This document shows positions 44,201 to 58,500 of a DNA stretch of 64,000 nucleotides, piece by piece. Position numbers and translations under genes: made by a program. The stretch's first letter is position 1. Every line of letters begins with the position of its first letter. Origin of the DNA: the human T2T-CHM13v2.0 reference genome, Homo sapiens; the NCBI RefSeq assembly GCF_009914755.1, contig NC_060925.1, one strand, 5' to 3'. A model generated the notes under the pieces. The model was not told the origin of the DNA, searched no databases, and saw only the letters and a program-made list of their open reading frames with translations.

Positions 44201-46609
44201 GACTGGAATCATCATCGAATGGAAATGAAAGGGGTCATCATCTAATGGAATTGCATGGAATCATCATAAAATGGAATCGAATGGAATCAACATCAAATGG
44301 AATCAAATGGAATCATTGAACGGAATTGAATGGAATCGTCATCGAATGAATTGAATGCAATCATCGAATGGTCTCGAATGGAATCATCTTCAAATGGAAT
44401 GGAATGGAATCATCGCATAGAATCGAATGGAATTATCATCGAATGGAATCGAATGGAATCAACATCAAACGGAAAAAAACGGAATTATCGAATTGAATCG
44501 AATAGAATCATCGAATGGACCCGAATGGAATCATCTAATGGAATGGAATGGAATAATCCATGGACTCGAATGCAATCATCATCGAATGGAATCGAATGGA
44601 ATCATCGAATGGACTCGAATGGAATAATCATTGAACGGAATCGAATGGAATCATCATCGGATGGAAACGAATGGAATCATCATCGAATGGAATCGAATAG
44701 AATTATGGAATGAAATCCAGTGTGATCATCATCGAATGGACCCGAATGGAATCATCATCCAACGGATGCTAATGGAATCAACATCGAATGAATCAAATGG
44801 AAACACCATCGAATTGAAACGAATGGAATTACCATGAAATTGAAATGGATGGACTCATCATCGAATGGATTCGAAAGGAATCATCGAATAAAATTGATTG
44901 AAATCATCATCGAATGGAATCGAATGGTATCATTGAATGGAATCGAATGGAATCATCATCAGATGGAAATGAATGGAATCGTCATAGAATGGAATCGAAT
45001 GGATTCATTGAATGGAATCAGATGGAATCATCGAATGGACTGGAATGGAATCATTGAATGGACTCGAAAGAGATCATGATTGAATGGAATTGAATGGAAT
45101 CATCGAATGGTCTCGATTGGAATCATTATCAAATGGAATCGAATGGAATCACCGAATAGAATCGAATGGAACAATCATCGAATGGACTCAAATGGAATTA
45201 TCCTCAAATGGAATCGAATGGAATTCTCGAATGCAATCGAATGGAATTATCGAATGCAATCGAATAGAATCATCGAATGGACTCGAATGGAATCATCGAA
45301 TGGAATGGAATGGAACAGTCAATGAAGTCGAATGGAATCATCATTGAATGGAATCGAATGGAATCATCGAGAGGAATCGAATGGAATTATGATCAAATGG
45401 AATCGAATGTAATCATCATCCAATGGAATCAAAAATAACCATCATCAATTGGTATTGAATGGAATTGTCATCAAATGGAATTCAAAGGAATCATCATCAA
45501 ATGGAACCGAATGGAATCCTCATTGAATGGAAATGAAAGGGGTCATCATCTAATGGAATCGCATGGAATCATCATCAAATGGAATCGAATGGAATCATCA
45601 TCAAATGGAATCTGAGGGAATCATTGAACAGAATTGAATGGAATCGTCATCGAATGAATTGAATGCAATCATCGAATGGTCTCGAATGGAACCATCTTCT
45701 AATGGAAAGGAATGGAATCATCGCATAGAATCGAATGGAATTGTCATCGAATGGAATCGAATGGTATCAACACCAAACGGAAAAAAACAGAATTATCGAA
45801 TGGAATAGAAGAGAATCTTCGAACGGACCCGAATGGAATCATCTAATGGAATGGAATGGAATAATCCATGGACTCGAATAGCAAACATCATCGAATGGAA
45901 TCGAATGGAATCATCAAATGGACTCGAATGGAATAATCATTGAACGGAATCGAATGGAATCATCATCGGATGGAAACGAATGGAATCATCATCGAATGGG
46001 AATGAAAGGAGTCATCATCTAATGGAATTGCATGGAATCATCATAAAATGGAATCGAATGGAATCAACATCAAATGGAATCAAATGGAATCATTGAACGG
46101 AATTGAATGGAATCGTCATCGAATGAATTGAATGCAATCATCGAATGGTCTCGAATGGAATCATCTTCAAATGGAATGGAATGGAATCATCGCATAGAAT
46201 CGAATGGAATTATCATCGAATGTAATCGAATGGAATCAACACCAAACGGAAAAAAACGGAATTATCAAATGGAATCGAAGAGAATCATCGAATGGACCCG
46301 AATGGAATCATCTAATGGAATGGAATGGAATAATCCATGGACTCGAATGCAATCATCATCGAATGGAATCGAATGGAATCATCGAATGGACTCGAATATA
46401 ATAATCATTGAACGGAATCGAATGGAATCATCATCGGATGGAAATGAATGGAATCGTCATCGAATGGAATCGAATAGAATTATGGAATGAAATCCAGTGT
46501 GATCATCATCGAATGGACCTGAATGGAATCATCATCCAACGGAAGCTAATGGAATCAACATCGAATGAATCAAATGGAAACACCATCGAATTGAAACGAA
46601 TGGAATTAC

Positions 46610-49600
46610 CATGAAATTGAAATGGATGGACTCATCATCGAATGGATTCGAATGGAATCATCGAATAAAATTGATTGAAATCATCATCGAATGGAATCGA
46701 ATGGTATCATTGAATGGAATCGAATGGAATCATCATCAGATGGAAATGAATGGAATCGTCATAGAATGGAATCGAATGGATTCATTGAATGGAATCAGAT
46801 GGAATCATCGAACGGATTGGAATGGAATCATTGAATGGACTCGGAAGGGATCATGATTGAATGGAATTGAATGGAATCATCGAATGGTCTCGATTGGAAT
46901 CATTATCAAATGGAATCGAATGGAATCACCGAATAGAATCGAATGGAACAATCATCGAATGGACTCAAATGGAATTATCCTCAAATGGAATCGAATGGAA
47001 TTATTGAATGCAATCGAATGGAATTATCGAATGCAATCGAATAGAATCATCGAATGGACTCGAATGGAATCATCGAATGGAATGGAATGGAACAGTCAAT
47101 GAACTCGAATGGAATCATCATTGAATGGAATCGAATGGAATCATCGAGTGGAATCGAATGGAATTATGATCAAATGGAATCGAATGTAATCATCATCAAA
47201 TGGAATCAAAAATAACCATCATCAATTGGTATTGAATGGAATTGTCATCAAATGGAATTCAAAGGAATCGTTCATCAAATGGAACCGAATGGAATCCTCG
47301 TTGAATGGAAATGAAAGGGGTCATCATCTAATGGAATCGCATGGAATCATCATCAAATGGAATCGAATGGAATCATCATCAAATGGAATCTAATGGAATC
47401 ATTGAACAGAATTGAATGGAATCGTCATCGAATGAATTGAATGCAATCATCGAATGGTCTCGAATGGAATCATCTTCTAATGGAAAGGAATGGAATCATC
47501 GCATAGAAACGAATGGAATTATCATCGAATGGAATCGAATGGTATCAACACCAAACGGAAAAAAACGGAATTATCGAATGGAATCGAAGAGAATCTTCGA
47601 ACGGACCCGAATGGAATCATCTAATGGAATGGAATGGAATAATCCATGGACTCGAATGCAATCATCATCGAATGGAATCGAATGGAATCATCGAATGGAC
47701 TCGAATGGAATAATCATTGAACGGAATCGAATGGAATCATCATCGGATGGAAACGAATGGAATCATCATCGAATGGAATCGAATAGAATTATGGAATGAA
47801 ATCCAGTGTGATCATCATCGAATGGACCCGAATGGAATCATCATCCAACGGAAGCTAATGGAATCAACATCGAATGAATCAAATGGAAACACCATCGAAT
47901 TGAAACGAATGGAATTACCATGAAATTGAAATGGATGGACTCATCATCGAATGGATTCGAATGGAATCATCGAATAAAATTGATTGAAATCATCATCGAA
48001 TGGAATCGAATGGTATCATTGAATGGAATCGAATGGAATCATCATCAGATGGAAATGAATGGAATCGTCATAGAATGGAATCGAATGGATTCATTGAATG
48101 GAATCAGATGGAATCATCGAACGGACTGGAATGGAATCATTGAATGGACTCGAAAGGGATCATGATTGAATGGAATTGAATGGAATCATCGAATGGTCTC
48201 GATTGGAATCATTATCAAATGGAATCGAATGGAATCACCGAATAGAATCGAATGGAACAATCATCGAATGGACTCAAATGGAATTATCCTCAAATGGAAT
48301 CGAATGGAATTATTGAATGCAATCGAATGGAATTATCGAATGCAATCGAATAGAATCATCGAATGGACTCGAATGGAATCATCGAATGGAATGGAATGGA
48401 ACAGTCAATGAACTCGAATGGAATCATCATTGAATGGAATCGAATGGAATCATCGAGTGGAATCGAATGGAATTATGATCAAATGGAATCGAATGTAATC
48501 ATCATCAAATGGAATCAAAAATAACCATCATCAATTGGTATTGAATGGAATTGTCATCAAATGGAATTCAAAGGAATCGTTCATCAAATGGAACCGAATG
48601 GAATCCTCATTGAATGGAAATGAAAGGGGTCATCATCTAATGGAATCGCATGGAATCATCATCAAATTGAATCGAATGGAATCATCATCAAATGGAATCT
48701 AATGGAATCATTGAACAGAATTGAATGGAATCGTCATCGAATGAATTGAATGCAATCATCGAATGGTCTCGAATGGAATCATCTTCTAATGGAAAGGAAT
48801 GGAATCATCGCATAGAAACGAATGGAATTATCATCGAATGGAATCGAATGGTATCAACACCAAACGGAAAAAAACGGAATTATCGAATGGAATCGAAGAG
48901 AATCTTCGAACGGACCCGAATGGAATCATCTAATGGAATGGAATGGAATAATCCATGGACTCGAATGCAATCATCATCGAATGGAATCGAATGGAATCAT
49001 CGAATGGACTCGAATGGAATAATCATTGAACGGAATCGAATGGAATCATCATCGGATGGAAACGAATGGAATCATCATCGAATGGAATCGAATAGAATTA
49101 TGGAATGAAATCCAGTGTGATCATCATCGAATGGACCCGAATGGAATCATCATCCAACGGAAGCTAATGGAATCAACATCGAATGAATCGAATGGAAACA
49201 CCATCGAATTGAAACGAATGGAATTACCATGAAATTGAAATGGATGGACTCATCATCGAATGGATTCGAATGGAATCATCGAATAAAATTGATTGAAATC
49301 ATCATCGAATGGAATCGAATGGTATCATTGAATGGAATCGAATGGAATCATCATCAGATGGAAATGAATGGAATCGTCATAGAATGGAATCGAATGGATT
49401 CATTGAATGGAATCAGATGGAATCATCGAACGGATTGGAATGGAATCATTGAATGGACTCGGAAGGGATCATGATTGAATGGAATTGAATGGAATCATCG
49501 AATGGTCTCGATTGGAATCATTATCAAATGGAATCGAATGGAATCACCGAATAGAATCGAATGGAACAATCATCGAATGGACTCAAATGGAATTATCCTC

Positions 49601-50010
49601 AAATGGAATCGAATGGAATTATTGAATGCAATCGAATGGAATTATTGAATGCAATCGAATAGAATCATCGAATGGACTCGAATGGAATCATCGAATGGAA
49701 TGGAATGGAACAGTCAATGAACTCGAATGGAATCATCATTGAATGGAATCGAATGGAATCATCGAGTGGAATCGAATGGAATTATGATCAAATGGAATCG
49801 AATGTAGTCATCATCAAATGGAATCAAAAATAACCATCATCAATTGGTATTGAATGGAATTGTCATCAAATGGAATTCAAAGGAATCGTTCATCAAATAG
49901 AACCGAATGGAATCCTCATTGAATGGAAATGAAAGGGGTCATCATCTAATGGAATCGCATGGAATCATCATCAAATTGAATCGAATGGAATCATCATCAA
50001 ATGGAATCTA
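46610..50010 (+). repeat. Block of type G units (1309-bp spacing), copy 2; boundaries approximate
   Basis: Anchors at 46611, 47920 and 49229 are each exactly 8809 bp after those of copy 1. The markers appear in the same order, including AAATAGAACCG in the third unit only. Confidence 0.85.
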
Positions 50011-51709
50011 ATGGAATCATTGAACAGAATTGAATGGAATCGTCATCGAATGAATTGAATGCAATCATCGAATGGTCTCGAATGGAATCATCTTCTAATG
50101 GAAAGGAATGGAATCATCGCATAGAATCGAATGGAATTATCATCGAATGGAATCGAATGGTATCAACACCAAACGGAAAAAAACGGAATTATCGAATTGA
50201 ATCGAAGAGAATCTTCGAACGGACCCGAATGGAATCATCTAATGGAATGGAATGGAATAATCCATGGACTCGAATGCAATCATCATCGAATGGAATCGAA
50301 TGGAATCATCGAATGGACTCGAATGGAATAATCATTGAACGGAATCGAATGGAATCATCATCGGATGGAAACGAATGGAATCATCATCGAATGGAAATGA
50401 AAGGAGTCATCATCTAATGGAATTGCATGGAATCATCATAAAATGGAATCGAATGGAATCAACATCAAATGGAATCAAATGGAATCATTGAACGGAATTG
50501 AATGGAATCGTCATCGAATGAATTGACTGCAATCATCCAATGGTCTCGAATGGAATCATCTTCAAATGGAATGGAATGGAATCATCGCATAGAATCGAAT
50601 GGAATTATCATCGAATGGAATCGAATGGTATCAACACCAAACGGAAAAAAACGGAATTATCGAATTGAATCGAAGAGAATCTTCGAACGGACCCGAATGG
50701 AATCATCTAATGGAATGGAATGGAATAATCCATGGACTCGAATGCAATCATCATCGAATGGAATCGAATGGAATCATCGAATGGACTCGAATGGAATAAT
50801 CATTGAACGGAATCGAATGGAATCATCATCGGATGGAAATGAATGGAATCATCATCGAATGGAATCGAATAGAATTATGGAATGAAATCCAGTGTGATCA
50901 TCATCGAATGGACCCGAATGGAATCATCATCCAACGGAAGCTAATGGAATCAACATCGAATGAATCGAATGGAAACACCATCGAATTGAAACGAATGGAA
51001 TTATCATGAAATTGAAATGGATGGACTCATCATCGAATGGATTCGAATGGAATCATCGAATAAAATTGATTGAAATCATCATCCAATGGAATCGAATGGT
51101 ATCATTGAATGGAATCGAATGGAATCATCATCAGATGGAAATGAATGGAATCGTCATAGAATGGAATCGAATGGATTCATTGAATGGAATCAGATGGAAT
51201 CATCGAATGGACTGGAATGGAATCATTGAATGGACTCGAAAGGGATCATGATTGAATGGAATTGAATGGAATCATCGAATGGTCTCGATTGGAATCATTA
51301 TCAAATGGAATCGAATGGAATCACCGAATAGAATCGAATGGAACAATCATCGAATGGACTCAAATGGAATTATCCTCAAATGGAATCGAATGGAATTATC
51401 GAATGCAATCGAATGGAATTATCGAATGCAATCGAATAGAATCATCGAATGGACTCGAATGGAATCATCGAATGGAATGGAATGGAACAGTCAATGAACT
51501 CGAATGGAATCATCATTGAATGGAATCGAATGGAATCATCGAGTGGAATCGAATGGAATTATGATCAAATGGAATCGAATGTAATCATCATCAAATGGAA
51601 TCAAAAATAACCATCATCAATTGGTATTGAATGGATTTGTCATCAAATGGAATTCAAAGGAATCATCATCAAATGGAACCGAATGGAATCCTCATTGAAT
51701 GGAAATGGA

Positions 51710-54700
51710 AGGGGTCATCATCTAATGGAATCGCATGGAATCATCATCAAATGGAATCGAATGGAATCATCATCAAATGGAATCTAATGGAATCATTGAA
51801 CAGAATTGAATGGAATCGTCATCGAATGAATTGAATGCAATCATCGAATGGTCTCGAATGGAATCATCTTCTAATGGAAAGGAATGGAATCATCGCATAG
51901 AATCGAATGGAATTATCATCGAATGGAATCGAATGGTATCAACACCAAACGGAAAAAAACGGAATTATCGAATGGAATCGAAGAGAATCTTCGAACGGAC
52001 CCGAATGGAATCATCTAATGGAATGGAATGGAATAATCCATGGACTCGAATGCAATCATCATCGAATGGAATCGAATGGAATCATCGAATGGACTCGAAT
52101 GGAATAATCATTGAACGGAATCGATTGGAATCATCATCGGATGGAAACGAATGGAATCATCATCGAATGGAAATGAAAGGAGTCATCATCTAATGGAATT
52201 GCATGGAATCATCATAAAATGGAATCGAATGGAATCAACATCAAATGGAATCAAATGGAATCATTGAACGGAATTGAATGGAATCGTCATCGAATGAATT
52301 GACTGCAATCATCCAATGGTCTCGAATGGAATCATCTTCAAATGGAATGGAATGGAATCATCGCATAAAATCGAATGGAATTATCATCAAATGGAATCGA
52401 ATGGAATCAACATCCAACGGAAAAAAACGGAATTATCGAATGGAATCGAAGAGAATCATCGAATGGACCCGAATGGAATCATCTAATGGAATGGAATGGA
52501 ATAATCCATGGACTCGAATGCAATCATCATCGAATGGAATCGAATGGAATCATCGAATGGACTCGAATGGAATAATCATTGAACGGAATCGAATGGAATC
52601 ATCATCGGATGGAAATGAATGGAATCATCATCGAATGGAATCGAATAGAATTATGGAATGAAATCCAGTGTGATCATCATCGAATGGACCCGAATGGAAT
52701 CAACATCCAACGGAAGCTAATGGAATCAACATCGAATGAATCGAATGGAAACACCATCGAATTGAAACGAATGGAATTATCATGAAATTGAAATGGATGG
52801 ACTCATCATCGAATGGATTCGAATGGAATCATCGAATAAAATTGATTGAAATCATCATCCAATGGAATCGAATGGTATCATTGAATGGAATCGAATGGAA
52901 TCATCATCAGATGGAAATGAATGGAATCGTCATAGAATGGAATCGAATGGATTCATTGAATGGAATCAGATGGAATCATCGAATGGACTGGAATGGAATC
53001 ATTGAATGGACTCGAAAGGGATCATTATTGAATGGAATTGAATGGAATCATCGAATGGTCTCGATTGGAATCATTATCAAATGGAATCGAATGAAATCAC
53101 CGAACAGAATCGAATGGAACAATCATCGAATGGACTCAAATGGAATTATCCTCCAATGGAATCGAATGGAATTATCGAATGCAATCGAATGGAATTATCG
53201 AATGCAATCGAATAGAATCATCGAATGGACTCGAATGGAATCATCGAATGGAATGGAATGGAACAGTCAATGAACTCGAATGGAATCATCATTGAATGGA
53301 ATCGAATGGAATCATCGAGTGGAATCGAATGGAATTATGATCAAATGGAATCGAATGTAATCATCATCAAATGGAATCAAAAATAACCATCATCAATTGG
53401 TATTGAATGGAATTGTCATCAAATGGAATTCAAAGGAATCATCATCAAATGGAACCGAATGGAATCCTCATTGAATGGAAATGAAAGGGGTCATCATCTA
53501 ATGGAATCGCATGGAATCATCATCAAATGGAATCGAATGGAATCATCATCAAATGGAATCTAATGGAATCATTGAACAGAATTGAATGGAATCGTCATCG
53601 AATGAATTGAATGCAATCATCGAATGGTCTCGAATGGAATCATCTTCTAATGGAAAGGAATGGAATCATCGCATAGAATCGAATGGAATTATCATCGAAT
53701 GGAATCGAATGGTATCAACACCAAACGGAAAAAAACGGAATTATCGAATGGAATCGAAGAGAATCTTCGAACGGACCCGAATGGAATCATCTAATGGAAT
53801 GGAATGGAATAATCCATGGACTCGAATGCAATCATCATCGAATGGAATCGAATGGAATCATCGAATGGACTCGAATGGAATAATCATTGAACGGAATCGA
53901 TTGGAATCATCATCGGATGGAAACGAATGGAATCATCATCGAATGGAAATGAAAGGAGTCATCATCTAATGGAATTGCATGGAATCATCATAAAATGGAA
54001 TCGAATGGAATCAACATCAAATGGAATCAAATGGAATCATTGAACGGAATTGAATGGAATCGTCATCGAATGAATTGACTGCAATCATCCAATGGTCTCG
54101 AATGGAATCATCTTCAAATGGAATGGAATGGAATCATCGCATAAAATCGAATGGAATTATCATCGAATGGAATCGAATGGAATCAACATCCAACGGAAAA
54201 AAACGGAATTATCGAATGGAATCGAAGAGAATCATCGAATGGACCCGAATGGAATCATCTAATGGAATGGAATGGAATAATCCATGGACTCGAATGCAAT
54301 CATCATCGAATGGAATCGAATGGAATCATCGAATGGACTCGAATGGAATAATCATTGAACGGAATCGAATGGAATCATCATCGGATGGAAATGAATGGAA
54401 TCATCATCGAATGGAATCGAATAGAATTATGGAATGAAATCCAGTGTGATCATCATCGAATGGACCCGAATGGAATCAACATCCAACGGAAGCTAATGGA
54501 ATCAACATCGAATGAATCGAATGGAAACACCATCGAATTGAAACGAATGGAATTATCATGAAATTGAAATGGATGGACTCATCATCGAATGGATTCGAAT
54601 GGAATCATCGAATAAAATTGATTGAAATCATCATCCAATGGAATCGAATGGTATCATTGAATGGAATCGAATGGAATCATCATCAGATGGAAATGAATGG

Positions 54701-55520
54701 AATCGTCATAGAATGGAATCGAATGGATTCATTGAATGGAATCAGATGGAATCATCGAATGGACTGGAATGGAATCATTGAATGGACTCGAAAGGGATCA
54801 TTATTGAATGGAATTGAATGGAATCATCGAATGGTCTCGATTGGAATCATTATCAAATGGAATCGAATGAAATCACCGAACAGAATCGAATGGAACAATC
54901 ATCGAATGGACTCAAATGGAATTATCCTCCAATGGAATCGAATGGAATTATCGAATGCAATCGAATGGAATTATCGAATGCAATCGAATAGAATCATCGA
55001 ATGGACTCGAATGGAATCATCGAATGGAATGGAATGGAACAGTCAATGAACTCGAATGGAATCATCATTGAATGGAATCGAATGGAATCATCGAGTGGAA
55101 TCGAATGGAATTATGATCAAATGGAATCGAATGTAATCATCATCAAATGGAATCAAAAATAACCATCATCAATTGGTATTGAATGGAATTGTCATCAAAT
55201 GGAATTCAAAGGAATCATCATCAAATGGAACCGAATGGAATCCTCATTGAATGGAAATGAAAGGGGTCATCATCTAATGGAATCGCATGGAATCATCATC
55301 AAATGGAATCGAATGGAATCATCATCAAATGGAATCTAATGGAATCATTGAACAGAATTGAATGGAATCGTCATCGAATGAATTGAATGCAATCATCGAA
55401 TGGTCTCGAATGGAATCATCTTCTAATGGAAAGGAATGGAATCATCGCATAGAATCGAATGGAATTATCATCGAATGGAATCGAATGGTATCAACACCAA
55501 ACGGAAAAAAACGGAATTAT
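51710..55520 (+). repeat. Near-identical tandem duplication with 1776-bp offset
   Basis: The variants GGAATCGATTGG (~52120/53896), CGCATAAAATCG, CAACATCCAACGG and ATGAAATCACCGAACAG (53091/54867) each recur at +1776. Confidence 0.85.
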
Positions 55521-58500
55521 CGAATTGAATCGAAGAGAATCTTCGAACGGACCCGAATGGAATCATCTAATGGAATGGAATGGAATAATCCATGGACTCG
55601 AATGCAATCATCATCGAATGGAATCGAATGGAATCATCGAATGGACTCGAATGGAATAATCATTGAACGGAATCGAATGGAATCATCATCGGATGGAAAC
55701 GAATGGAATCATCATCGAATGGAAATGAAAGGAGTCATCATCTAATGGAATTGCATGGAATCATCATAAAATGGAATCGAATGGAATCAACATCAAATGG
55801 AATCAAATGGAATCATTGAACGGAATTGAATGGAATCGTCATCGAATGAATTGACTGCAATCATCGAATGGTCTCGGAATCATCTTCAAATGGAATGGAA
55901 TGGAATCATCGCATAGAATCGAATGGAATTATCATCGAATGGAATCGAATGGTATCAACACCAAACGGAAAAAAACGGAATTATCGAATGGAATCGAAGA
56001 GAATCTTCGAACGGACCCGAATGGAATCATCTAATGGAATGGAATGGAATAATCCATGGACTCGAATGCAATCATCATCGAATGGAATCGAATGGAATCA
56101 TCGAATGGACTCGAATGGAATAATCATTGAACGGAATCGAATGGAATCATCATCGGATGGAAACGAATGGAATCATCATCGAATGGAAATGAAAGGAGTC
56201 ATCATCTAATGGAATTGCATGGAATCATCATAAAATGGAATCGAATGGAATCAACATCAAATGGAATCAAATGGAATCATTGAACGGAATTGAATGAAAT
56301 CGTCATCGAATGAATTGAATGCAATCATCGAATGGTCTCGAATGGAATCATCTTCAAATGGAATGGAATGGAATCATCGCATAGAATCGAATGGAATTAT
56401 CATCGAATGGAATCGAATGGAATCAACATCAAACGGAAAAAAACGTAATTATCGAATGGAATCGAAGAGAATCATCGAATGGACCCGAATGGAATCATCT
56501 AATGGAATGGAATGGAATAATCCATGGACTCGAATGCAATCATCATCGAATGGAATCGAATGGAATCATCGAATGGACTCGAATGGAATAATCATTGAAC
56601 GGAATCGAATGGAATCATCATCGGATGGAAATGAATGGAATCATCATCGAATGGAATCGAATAGAATTATGGAATGAAATCCAGTGTGATCATCATCGAA
56701 TGGACACGAATGGAATCATCATCCAACGGAAGCTAATGGAATCAACATCGAATGAATCAAATGGAAACACCATCGAATTGAAACGAATGGAATTACCATG
56801 AAATTGAAATGGATGGACTCATCATCAAATGGATTCGAGTGGAATCATCGAATAAAATTGATTGAAATCATCATCGAATGGAATCGAATGGTATCATTGA
56901 ATGGAATCGAATGGAATCATCATCAGATGGAAATGAAAGGAATCGTCATAGAATGGAATCGAATTGATTCATTGAATGGAATCAGATGGAATCATTGAAT
57001 GGACTGGAATGGAATCATTGAATGGACTCGAAAGGGATCATGATTGAATGGAATTGAATGGAATCATCGAATGGTCTCGATTGGAATCATTATCAAATGG
57101 AATCGAATGGAATCACCGAATAGAATCGAATGGAACAATCATCTAATGGACTCAAATGGAATTATCCTCAAATGGAATCGAATGGAATTATCGAATGCAA
57201 TCGAATGGAATTATCGAATGCAATCGAAGAGAATCATCGAATGGACTCGAATGGAATCATCGAATGGAATGGAATGGAACAGTCAATGAACTCGAATGGA
57301 ATCATCATTGAATGGAATCGAATGGAATCATCGAGTGGAATCGAATGGAATTATGATCAAATGGAATCGAATGTAATCATCATCAAATGGAATCAAAAAT
57401 AACCATCATCAATTGGTATTGAATGGAATTCTCTTCAAATGGAATTCAAAGGAATCATCATCAAATGGAACCGAATGGAATCCTCATTGAATGGAAATGA
57501 AAGGGGTCATCATCTAATGGAATCGCATGGAATCATCATCAAATGGAATCGAATGGAATCAACATCAAATGGAATCTAATGGAATCATTGAACGGAATTG
57601 AATGGAATCGTCATCGAATGAATTGAATGCAATCATCGAATGGTCTCGAATGGAATCATCTTCAAATGGAATGGAATGGAATCATCGCATAGAATCGAAT
57701 GGAATTATCATCGAATGGAATCGAATGGAATCAACATCAAACGGAAAAAAACGGAATTATCGAATGGAATCGAAGAGAATCTTCGAACGGACCCGAATGG
57801 AATCATCTAATGGAATGGAATGGAATAATCCATGGAGTCGAATGCTATCATCATCGAATGGAATCGAATGGAATCATCGAATGGACTCGAATGGAATAAT
57901 CATTGAACGGAATCGAATGGAATCATCATCGGATGGAAACGAATGGAATCATCATCGAATGGAAATGAAAGGAGTCATCATCTAATGGAATTGCATGGAA
58001 TCATCATAAAATGGAATCGAATGGAATCAACATCAAATGGAATCAAATGGAATCATTGAACGGAATTGAATGGAATCGTCATCGAATGAATTGAATGCAA
58101 TCATCGAATGGTCTCGAATGGAATCATCTTCAAATGGAATGGAATGGAATCATCGCATAGAATCGAATGGAATTATCATCGAATGGAATCGAATGGAATC
58201 AACATCAAACGGAAAAAAACGGAATTATCGAATGGAATCGAAGAGAATCATCGAATGGACCCGAATGGAATCATCTAATGGAATGGAATGGAATAATCCA
58301 TGGACTCGAATGCAATCATCATCGAATGGAATCGAATGGAATCATCGAATGGACTCGAATGGAATAATCATTGAACGGAATCGAATGGAATCATCATCGG
58401 ATGGAAATGAAAGGAGTCATCATCTAATGGAATTGCATGGAATCATCATAAAATGGAATCGAATGGAATCAACATCAAATGGAATCAAATGGAATCATTG

